Positions 52,491 to 64,000 of a stretch of DNA of 64,000 nt are shown in pieces. The stretch lies in NCBI GenBank assembly GCA_964016885.1, contig OZ024741.1, positions 384,958,001-385,022,000 on the forward strand, given 5' to 3'. Below the pieces are notes generated by a model. The model did not search any database. It was not told where the DNA came from and saw nothing but the letters and a program-made list of their open reading frames with translations. Within the stretch, counting starts at the first letter, position 1; each line of letters begins with the position of its first letter. Origin of the DNA: Eledone cirrhosa (Eukaryota). Both the position numbers and the translations under genes were made by a program.

Positions 52491-54839
52491 GGGAAAAATA
52501 GATAGGGGCGTCTATGGGCCTTGTTTTTCCGTCTCTCAGGATAATTTACCCAATTTTCTCAGCTACTATTTATAGTGATCGATTGTTATTTCAGTTATTT
52601 TCTGCATTTTTGACTCTCACATTTTCAAATTTCGTTCATTCCCAGCACTTCTAAATTTCATGAAGTTTTCAATTATTTTCTTGTGAATTCTTTTTTGTTA
52701 ATCTATTCTTTATATTTTCTTATTCTGCAAAGCTGTTTATACAAAAATATAACACGCCATCTTTTGATGAGAACAAAAAAGAAATAATAAAGAAGAAAAA
52801 GAAGAACCAAGCAATGAAAGAAGAAGAAAATAGCAATGGCATTACTGCAGGGAATAGCCAGAGACACACGTTACACCAGCCACCCTACCCCACGGCGGCT
52901 CTTTCCTCAAACGAGCTGCCGTCCTTACGATTTTACCGAGGAGATCAGTATTGTGGGGACCAAGGACACCAGAGCTCTGAAAAAAAAAGAGTATGGACAT
53001 ATTAGTCGATATATTTGACCTTGATAAGTCCTTTTAGTGTTTTTAGGTCTAAACAAGGATATATTAAAAAATATCGCTGAAAAAATAGTGAAATGAGATA
53101 AAACTCTCGTATGAATACATATTCAGTCTATACACTCAAGCGAACTATTTTTTTAATTTTTATCTCTCTATTTCAATATTTCTATTTCGGCAACTCCCTT
53201 GCTGATATTAAAACTTTAATCTTTAATTAAATAATTCCTTAATTAAGAATCAAACAAACCAATCAGTTAATGTTCCTACTTCATACACTTTTCGACACTC
53301 CATAAGTAGCTTCATTACTTTTCTTCCGGTCGATTAGCTTTTCATTTTGTAACTGATTAATTCTGCTTCAGCCAACAGTTGTAAACCGATTATTTCTCCT
53401 CCAATCCTTTCTAAGGTTTGGTTGCTTTTATATTTTATTTTATCTAACGTCTTTGATTCCACTTTAGTTTCTATCCCAGCTATATATTCATTTTAATAAT
53501 CAGCCAGTCACATTATTGTCTTTTTAATCACACAGACTAGTCTGTTTAATTGATTGTTATATATTTACCCCCAAAAGTATTTTACCCTCCTAGTTACTTG
53601 TCAACACACGGGTAATTCTAAGTGGCTGCCATAACAGCTAGAAATAGATGCCAAATTTTCCTCAATTTATATCCTACAGTTTTTAATAAGGAAGGACACA
53701 TTGGATAATGTAGTTTCAGATTCACCTCCTGAAAACATAAGATGGGATATTCAGAACTGAAACAGCTTTAATCGTAGGTTTGCTCGATTAGATGGGATGA
53801 TCAGAACTAAAACATATTTGATCGCAGGTCTGTTCGATTAAGGCTAACCTGGGATGACCCCCCTCCCCGCCAAAAAACAAACAAACAAAACAAACAAGAA
53901 TATCAGCTGTTATTTTTATTTTGCAAGGTTAGTGGATTAGCAAAATAGTTAGAGCATCGGAAAAAAATGCTTGAAGGCATTTCATCCGGTCTTTTACTTT
54001 CTGAATAAAATTTCCACCAAGGTCAAGTTTACCTTCCAGCCTTCCAAGGTCAATGGAAAAATGACCAACCGAGTGCTGGAGTCGATTTAATAGACTTTCG
54101 CTTCCTCCGAATCGCTGGCCTTTCGCTTAATTCCAAATATTCTAAAAATTATCATTTTGCAGTTGTTATACGCTTCATTGAGGTCGGTGGATTAGCAGTG
54201 TTGGTAGAGCACTGAGCAACATGTTGCGGCATGTAGTTACGGCCCTTTACGTCCTGAGTTCAAATCCCATCGAAGTTAGCTTTGCTTTTCATCCTTACAG
54301 GGCCGATAAAATAAAGTACCAGTAATTCACTGGGGATGATTTAATCAACTTTCCCCTCCGCCAAAATTGTTGACATTGTGCCTAAATCAGAAACCATTAC
54401 TAGATTATTTTTTGTCGTCAAAAATACGGTGAAAGTTACTCATTCGATTCAATTTTCAAGTACCACCGCCGTCTTCTAATCACACAATATTTGCATAAAA
54501 TATAAATTATGACTGATATTGCTGAATCAAAGAATTATATATTAAAGATAAGTAAAAAGTTTTGCTTAAATCTATTTATATTATTCAATTTTAATCAATT
54601 TCTAAGATCTTTTTACTGTTCAAAAACAGTCAGCTATACATTTGTTGCGGTTGATTCGTATCAGAGATATTTGGCTGTTATTTTTAGACGGTAGAGCAAT
54701 GGAGTAGATGTTGCTTAGTCTATCTGAAAGTGTGCGTTGATTTTTCCTGCAATACCAGATTGTTATAGACAGCCGTCAACCTTAATCACTAGCTATGGTT
54801 ATACAATATGCATGATGCTGCTGTTGTTGTTTAGCCCTC

Positions 54840-55580
54840 GGCTAGTGCAGTCAGCTGCACTAGCTCTCTGCTACTCAGCTGCCGAGTATGCATGCCCAGT
54901 ATGGGAGCGAGCTGTCCATGTTCAGAAGCTAGATCCCACCTTCAATGCTAGCTGCCGCTTCAACACAGGCTGCCTGAAATGTACACCAACAAACCGTCTG
55001 CATATCCTGGCAGGCATAGCCCCACCAGAGATACGACGAAGTGCAGTAAGCAAGAAAGAGCGTCAACAACAGACTACAGATCAAAAACATCCTCTCTTCG
55101 GTTATATGCCAGCCAAAAGCCGCCTTACATTCAGGAAAAGTTCCCTAAAGAGCATCATGCACCTTGGAACATCACGCATAAGTAGTGAAAAAGTCACTCG
55201 CTGGGAAGAAAATCTTAACAACCTCCCGTGAGTAACAACAATGGAGCTAAAGGCGAGAGAGGCACTGACCCTCCGAGCAAACACAAACTATGCAGCGTGG
55301 AAATGCCTCAACAGACTAAAATTTGGTCTTGGACGTGCAAAAGTCAATCTTGCAAAATGGGGATATTTAAAAGATGGGGACGTTGTGTGTGACTGCGGAA
55401 TCGAACCACAGACTACGCAGCACCTCCTGCTATGCCCCCTCCCCCCACTGGAACGCCCTTGCACAACAATAGACATGGCAGAGCTTAATGAGAAATGACA
55501 GCAATGTGTTCAGCTGTGGCGGAACCACACCTAGCGAAGCTCTGTAACTGGCACTCTTGTGGACACGATAAGAAGGAGAA
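54840..55580 (+). mobile_element. Vingi/Ingi-like LINE 3' fragment
   Basis: SAALALCYSAAEYACPVW..TGCLK.TP..LAGIAPPEIRR; WKCLNRL..CDCG..QTTQHLLLCP (CCHC); short (AAG)-like tail. Confidence 0.75.
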
Positions 55581-55800
55581 GCCCTCGGCTAGAGACCTGA
55601 TTCAGTATACTTATGATCAAAGGTGTTCAAGCCTTGACGACCATATCTTTTTGACCGGACAGTGTGTTCTGGGACTACATAATTCAATTTGTCCTTTCTC
55701 TTTAGATGTGGGTATGTGATGAAAGAGAGATTCTAACATCTCGAGTGACTCCTTAGAAACTCCAGCTTTGACTCCATTATGCAGATGTCTAGAGGAACAC

Positions 55801-55850
<50 letters not shown>

Positions 55851-55866
55851 GTGTGTATGAATGTGT

Positions 55867-55944
<78 letters not shown>

Positions 55945-56958
55945 CCCTCGTGCTTGGTTTATGTTGATTTGTAAAAACCTGTCTGTCTTCCGATAATTAA
56001 TTACATCTCTTTGTATTCAAACCCCACCGTATTCTACTTTGTTCTTTATCACTATGGGGTCTATAACATAAATGCTGCTCTCTTACTGGAGTCAATCTAA
56101 TCGACTACGTATACCACTCCCACAATAATTTGTGGTGTGATACATGCGTAGGTCGGTTGAAAAGTTTATAGGTTCGTAATTTTATAGGATGACCAAGATA
56201 CTCTCATGGAATGATCAAATGAGGATTATTTTTCAACATAGTCTCTGGAAAGAAACAATATAGTAATTAATTTTTTCTACTTTAAGCACAAGGCCAGCAA
56301 TTTGAATGGGAGGGCAAAGTCGTTTAAATCGATCCTAGTGTTACTGGTGCTTTATTTTATCGACCACGTAAGGATGAAAGGTAAAGTTAACCTCAGCGGG
56401 ATTTGAACTCAGAACGTAAAGGGCCATAAATCTATGCTGCAAGGCATGGTGTCCGATCTTTTACCGATTCTGCCAATCCACTGCCCTAACAATGTAGTTA
56501 TTAATAAGAAGAGTTGAAATTAATGCAAGCGAAAATTTACAGCTTTAATATCTCTCCTTCATAGTCAACCTATGAAATGTTCTGCCTACCCTTGTATCCT
56601 AGAAATATCAATGTTATTAGAAGTAGATTTGTGAAATATTTTCCGTTCATGATTGTCAATTCAATTCTCGGATCAGACGACACATTATGTCCCCGAGAAA
56701 GACACTTTGTTCTACGTTGCTCCAGTCTATTCAACTGGAGAAAAATGAGTCGTGACATCACTAGTGTCAATCTGTATAGTCTTTTGCCTTTCTCTTGAAC
56801 AACATTGATGGCGTGGACAAGAGAGATTGTAATGCCTAGGCTTTCAAAATTTGTTAGGATTTTCTAATTTTCGCGGGCGTTTTTATTACTTCGACAGGAC
56901 ATATCAATATTTATATATCCTTTTGGTTATTATTCTTTATGATATTCAGAATTACGAC

Positions 56959-56998
<40 letters not shown>

Positions 56999-57064
56999 GT
57001 TATTCCGGGTTGAATCGGAGGTAACCACAGTAAGTAAGGTACTCAATACATAGCAGAGTATAAC

Positions 57065-57343
<279 letters not shown>

Positions 57344-57502
57344 TTTCTTTTTGTCCATGATGTTTTATTTTTTTTTGTCCATGTTATTTTTTTTTTTTTT
57401 GTCCATGGTATTTTATTTTTAAGAGCGTGAACCTAATATACCTTTATTTGTCTGCTTCTCTGTTTTCGTTCCCGTCCAATTTTTCACTATATATATATAT
57501 AT

Positions 57503-57618
57503 ATAAGTTGAAATAGGATGAAACGAAATTTCATTTCTCACTCTTAGTACGGCACTTACTTAAATGTAAGTATGTATGTATACGTACATACATATATGTA
57601 TACAGACGTACAGTAGTA

Positions 57619-57668
<50 letters not shown>

Positions 57669-57713
57669 AACGTCCGCTAAACTGATACGTACATATATAT
57701 ATATGTGTACCTG

Positions 57714-57751
<38 letters not shown>

Positions 57752-58636
57752 TACTACTGTACGTCTGTATACATATATGTATGTACGTATACATACATAC
57801 TTACATTTAAGTAAGTACCGTACTAAGAGTGAGAAAGGAAATTTCGTTTCATCCTATTTCAACTTATCGTTTTCGGTGCGCCTGGCTGACTGTACTCACT
57901 CGATATGCAAATTAGGCTGCTCAGTCGTTAATTTTCATAAAGAAAGTATATACTTTCGAACGTTCAACCATCTGGCAGAAGGGTACACGGTGCTGATGAT
58001 AGCTAAGAAGCTTGAAACTAGTACATCGTTCCTGTGTCAGTGTTGAACAAAAAAGGTGACGTGGTTGCCTTAACACCGTACGGCATAAATCAGGCTGTCC
58101 GTTTGTTTACAAATGGACAAAGCGGGCGTTATAATAAACGTCCGCTAAACTGATACGTACATATATATATGTGTACCTGTATATATATATATATATATAT
58201 ATGCATACATACTACTGTACGTCTGTATACATATATGTATGTACGTATACATACATACTTACATTTAAGTAAGTGCCGTACTAAGAGTGAGAAATGAAAT
58301 TTCGTTTCATCCTATTTCAACTTATCGTTTTCGGTGCGCCTGGCCGACTGAACTCACTCGATATGCAAATTAGGCTGCTCAGCCGTTAATTTTCATAAGG
58401 AAAGCATATAATTTCGAACGTTCAACCATCTGGCAGAAGGGTATACGGTGCTGATGATAGCTGAGAAGCTTGAAACTAGTACACCGTTCCTGTGTCAGTG
58501 TTGAACAAAAAGGTGACGTGGTTGCCTTAACACCGTACGGCATAAATCAGGCTGTCCGTTTGTTTACAAACGGACAAAGCGGGCGTTATAATAAACGTCC
58601 GCTAAACTGATACGTACATATATATATGTGTACCTG

Positions 58637-58697
<61 letters not shown>

Positions 58698-58750
58698 TAC
58701 TGTACGTCTGTATACATATATGTATGTACGTATACATACATACTTACATA
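57503..58750 (+). repeat. ~458-bp tandem (~2.4 units from 57666), one minimal hammerhead per unit, plus a 5' inverted piece 57503-57622
   Basis: HHRs at 57987-58029 and 58445-58487: ACGGTG CTGATGA t-AGCT-(a/g)aga-AGCT-t GAA AC-ta-GT A^CA(T/C)CGT. Confidence 0.88.
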
Positions 58751-59335
58751 TATATATATATATATATACTGTAGTAATAGTTTGGTATGACTATCCAAGG
58801 GTAAGAGCAGTCAGTCCATAGGACGAGTTAAGTATAATTAGTTACTACAGTGACATATACAGTGCAACTCATTCAGCCTGTTATAAAAGCAAAGGCTGAA
58901 TGATTTAGGGTGTATAACCCAACCAAACTTAAGTACCTGTATAATGTCAATGTTGTAACTAAGTATATATATATATATATTTGTGGGTGGTCATATTTTG
59001 CCAATATTTTCAATAAAGAGAGACACACGCACCACATAATTGTCACTTAATCTTTATTGGTTATTATTCGTTATTTTGTCAAAGTTCTTTCGTCAGATAT
59101 ACTGTGACCTCTTCGATGACGTGACATTCTGTGACGAAAGAACTTTGACGAACAAACGAATAATTAGTAATAAAGATAATGTGAAAATCATATGGTGTGA
59201 GTGTTTCTTTTTATTGGCAGTAATGGCAACATAACCATCCCCAAATATAACAATATTGGTTTCAACACACGATTTCACATCAATAATCTTGCTAAGCAAA
59301 TTCAGCAACGCGCACACACACACACACATATATAT

Positions 59336-59401
<66 letters not shown>

Positions 59402-59403
<2 letters not shown>

Positions 59404-60009
59404 TGGCTGCCAACTCGTTTTCGAGTATGGCCACTACTTTATATCCATGTAGGAGAACCCCTACCGATGCGCTGAACGAGTGTGACTTTTTAGTCCAGCC
59501 AGCGACTTGAAAACTTTGGTACAAACACTACACTTGTGATAATTATTGACACATAGTGCTGGGCCCATGGTACCATGTGATGACAAGTGCAGAGAGATCT
59601 CCAGATATAAAGCAATGCCTGCGCCGTGAAGCTTTTATAGTGAGCAAAGGCACTGCACAAAGCCAGTCCCACTCTCTTAACCAAGATGATATTTACCAAA
59701 AAGAAGAACAAGTCAACATCATTGGATACCATCAGGGTTGCATGTATTATATCAGAGTTTTCCTTCTCCTAGAATTCTGCCTTGACAAAGGCTAAGGGGT
59801 CATCTCTCCCGGTGATTTTGGATGGCCATTGACTCTTAAGAGCTCCTTTGCCCTTTGACAGGTTTTGCTTTTAGTCCTGCAGGATGTCCAAAGTCACCCT
59901 CCTCACCAAGAAACCTTGGTGGAGTTGCCAGTTTAGTCGCCAACGACCCGACCATGGGACAGGTTGTACTGGGATACATGTTACCAGTAGCATCAACTGG
60001 TGACCTGAC
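59402..60009 (-). mobile_element. Second copy of the ~610-bp element at 27289
   Basis: Reverse-complement match over the whole length, reflected in near-identical spurious ORFs. Confidence 0.85.
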
Positions 60010-60082
<73 letters not shown>

Positions 60083-60919
60083 ATATTAATAAATGGAAAC
60101 TATATTTATAAAACCATATTTATTTTATTATACATATTTCAAGGGCAGCCAATGCAAAATACTGTTGAGTGCTTTATATCAGTTATAAAATTTTTTAAGC
60201 TTGTTGAATCCCAACAAATTAAATATAACCTCTGCATATATATATATATATTTTAGTTTCCAGTGTTTGTTTTCGATGCAATTTTGTTTTATATCAAGCT
60301 GGATACTTTCCAATTTATTTTTATTTGCCAAAAACAGTTAGAATCACCATGGGTTGCTAAATCTTGTAAGCAGGTTAATTTCCAGCATATATTTCAGATT
60401 TACGTAGATTATTGAACTGTATATTCGCTTTAGTTGCATAGTCTTCACAAATCTGTTATAATTTCTATCCTATTTCATCTTTACTCTTGTTTCATTTATT
60501 TGTTTCTAAACAATAATGGAACAAATTTTTCTACAATCTAATCTACAATGCAACCAGCCATAGCTTCTTTTGTTTATTTTTCAGTTTCCTTTTCCTCTAG
60601 ATTTCCTTCAAGGGACGGTTGCTTATTTTCTCTAATCATTTCGATCACCGCATCACCTATGTATTACACCCTTTTTACTTTCAATTGATCAGTATTTTCA
60701 TTGATCTCTCTCTCCTTGTTTATGCTTTCTAACTTTTCCAATGCTTTATAACACGTCATTTTCATTTCTACAATTATATATATATATATATATCCTTTAT
60801 ATTTTTAACACCCCCGACTCTATAAAAATTCGTCATTTCCTCATACTAGCCATGAATCCACGTACATTGTTGCGATTCTTATTATCAATTTGCAACTTAT
60901 TTTTTTCTTGACTCCTACA

Positions 60920-61065
60920 ATTGATCAGGAAGAAGGTGTTCATAATAGGGAGCCCATTTCTAGAACAGATGTCTAATAAAGCCCCTCCGTTCGTATTTAG
61001 ATCGAGATCGCCGTTCCTTCCAATCATTCCTTTCCATATCGTGTTGTCAGTGCCAATTGAAGTTT
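60920..61065 (-). pseudogene. RTE APE endonuclease remnant
   Basis: IGTDNTIWKGMIGRNGDLDLNTNGGALLDICSRNGLPIMNTFF. Confidence 0.7.
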
Positions 61066-62243
61066 TCGTGATTCGTCCAAAAATAAGTGTATCATGGGGT
61101 GGTTTATAGTCCTTTGGGTAAAAAGATTGATAATCTTCATCTATCTTGCCCAAGAATCACCGCGAGGAAAATGACATAATTTTATATTGCTCTAAAATAA
61201 TTTACAACCTCTATAAAGAACATAAAAATTCAGAATTGTAAAGGATACAATATCGATTTAATTGAATTTCCATAAGCTTCAATACATTAGTAGCCCTCTG
61301 CTCTCTCTCTCTCTCACACACACATACTATCAGACATTGTTTTTATATCAAATTATATCCTATATACATCGTATACACAGTTAATTCAAATGCTCTATAG
61401 AGTTTTTCTCAATGTTCCACAGACTCTGATTGTAAAATCTCCAACACCAGAGGAATATTTCGAACATTGACTCATTTATAAGCAGTTTGTATGAGAGAAC
61501 GTATCAAATTTATATTGTATTGGAGCAGATCAAAACCTATGCAGGCTGTCAACGTAGTTTTTTCGTTGTTTGTCATTATCTTATTTTCTCTAATTGATTA
61601 TGAGAAAATCCAAGAGTGGTGGATTAACACAATCATTAGAGTGTCTGACAAAATGTCTTGCAGCATGTAGTTACAGCTTTTTACGTTCTCAATTTCCATC
61701 CAGCTAATATCAACTTTCCCTTTCCCTCTTCCGGGCTGGATGGATAAAATTAAGTATCAATCAACAACTGGTGTCGATATAATCAACTTCCCCTCCCACA
61801 AATTGCTGGCTTTGTGCCAAAATAAGAAGCCATTTATTATGAAAAAATCTGCCAAATTGGTTTTCAAAATTTTCTCATTGTTGGAACTTATCGTTTGAAG
61901 AAGGAAGAAGTTTATCCTTTAGAATGTCACAACCCTCAATCGTTTCTGATTTATGTATTTCCATAAGAGTTGCTTTATATATAGACAAAAGCTATAAAAT
62001 CAAACGTAGTGCTGTTGCCCAGGCACTGAAAAATCGAGTTAATTACCCACCGTCTACTCTATTGTTCGTTATCCCTGCTAATTACATTGTTATTTCCCGT
62101 ATATTTAAAATAAAAATCAACTCATTAATAATATGCCTAGATATTTGTTGATTTTTTTGTAAAAAAATGGAGAATGTATTAAGCTGCTGTCTAGAACAGT
62201 CGTTACCTTGGAATCATAATTATAACAAACACGATCTCATTCC

Positions 62244-62287
<44 letters not shown>

Positions 62288-63021
62288 CTCTCTATCTCCC
62301 CCTTTCTTCTATCTCTCCCATTTTCTTCTCTCTCGCTCTACGCTTTTTACTTTACTCGTTGAAATATCACTCATTTCAATAAAGTTAAGAAAATTAATCT
62401 CATCATCATTCAAATGAATTATGAGAATGATATTTTACAAATTTTAATTAATTATGCTTCATGATCTTGAATCTAATGATCATATCAAAGATAAAAATAC
62501 AATTTTGCTTATCAAAATTATTTGATAGCTTATTAAGATAACAAAATTTCGCTATTTAAAATTCCAAAAGAATCAGCGTGGAAGACTCTTATTCATTTAC
62601 ATTAACTTTGCCTTTCATCCTTACGGGGTCGATAAAATAAAGTACCAGTAATGCACTGGAGTAATTGCTGGCCTTGTGCCAATAGTAGAAACAATTATTC
62701 AATTTTGATCCAATTGTGTAAATATTTTAACTATTCAAAAGTAGTTAACTATGGAGTTGTTGTGGTTGACTTGTATCCGAGAAGTAAAATCTAATATATA
62801 ATATAATATGTAATATGTTGGGTGGCTGGTAAGCTGGTTGGCTGGTTGGCTGGTTGGCTGGTTGGCTGGTTGGCTGGTTGGTTCAGTGACAGATGTAACG
62901 CTTTGCATCATATAAAGAGAGGAGGGAGCGAGAAACAGAGAGCGTAAATGAGAGATACAGAGAGAATTAACATATAGATTGAAAGGGGAGTATACATACT
63001 GAACGAAGAGGTAGGTCAATA

Positions 63022-63098
<77 letters not shown>

Positions 63099-63101
<3 letters not shown>

Positions 63102-63266
63102 AAAAGAGTCAGGATCCCGACGGCTGAGCTCCGGCCGTTTCGACAGCTAGATCCGGAGCTCAGCTGTCGGGGTCCTGAGTCTTTTCCTATTACCCACTCT
63201 ACTACCCAAAGTATTGAGTACTCTGGTGCGTTATTGTCCAAATGGTATCTTACCACACCCTCTTTG

Positions 63267-63268
<2 letters not shown>
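63099..63268. mobile_element. Short fold-back of the 21798/31930/42184 family between (TA)n tracts
   Basis: Minus arm 63099-63153 reads GAA ACGGC-cggagctca-GCCGT C^GGGATC; plus arm 63154-63268. Confidence 0.75.
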
Positions 63269-63310
<42 letters not shown>

Positions 63311-64000
63311 TCAAACGAACGATACTGGAGCGCGCACACAAATATACTCACTTACACACACAGAGGTAATTGTCGTCTGCTGAAATAAATAAAAAATATG
63401 TAAATATAGATATTTTCATAAATGTTAACATTTAAAACGTTAAATGTTAAATTTCTATTATATATTGTACATAACATATTTTGTCACCGTCAATGTTTAT
63501 AAAGCGCTAGTAACAAATAGAACATTCTACATATATGGTAATATATGTTTCTTTTCGCAATTTCATTTATTTCTTTTTTCTCAAATCGTTGTTTTCTTTT
63601 AATACTATTCTTGTAATCTATATTAAATTCATCATTTTTCTGTCTGCTGGAAAATACGTAAATTTGGCATATTTAGATATTAATGTGCTTATATTGTACT
63701 GTATATGTACATATGTATTTATCGTATATTTCAAATGTTACAGGCGCATTCATTCATTTATTTTTTTAAAATTATAGATAGATAGAGTTCTATCGACAAG
63801 ATCCCAGACCCCGTTCGCCTACCAAGTGCAGTGGAACTCGTTAAATCGGACTAAGGAAACAATGTTTTCATTGGTTTTTACATTGCTGTACTAACCATCA
63901 GTCACAATATTTATACGTTTATATTAATTTACCTACTGTTACCTGTAGTGATCATATGAGGACTAACTGTCTAGTAAAGGTAATATTACAAATAATCAGC

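Noticed and set aside
59078-59152. Hairpin GTCAAAGTTCTTTCGTCA/TGACGAAAGAACTTTGAC as an HHR or terminator
   Set aside because: The core is incomplete and stem I is absent; intrinsic terminators do not apply in this eukaryotic context.

Overview
AT-rich, microsatellite-dense animal DNA, most likely an octopus or other cephalopod (inferred from the SINE types and TTAGGG-like repeats, not confirmed by a search). I cannot support any intact host protein-coding gene. The window is mostly transposon remnants: L1/Tx1, R4/Dong-like, RTE and Vingi LINE fragments, a mariner, Helitron pieces, more than 20 tRNA-derived SINEs, and several Penelope-like elements (PLEs; Neptune- and Naiad-type). The main signal is RNA. 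Reading both strands by eye gives more than a dozen type-I hammerhead ribozyme (HHR) motifs from many unrelated sequence families, several with long stem-II or stem-III inserts. They occur (a) once per unit in a near-perfect 608-bp x ~6.6 tandem array at 32044-36061, a candidate large retrozyme with a U3 core variant; (b) once per unit in a 458-bp tandem at 57.7-58.7 kb; (c) at PLE 3' ends; and (d) in about ten fold-back elements that all share one polarity, with 5' ends joined in the centre and 3' ends mostly running into (TA)n. All structures were folded by hand and no activity is demonstrated.
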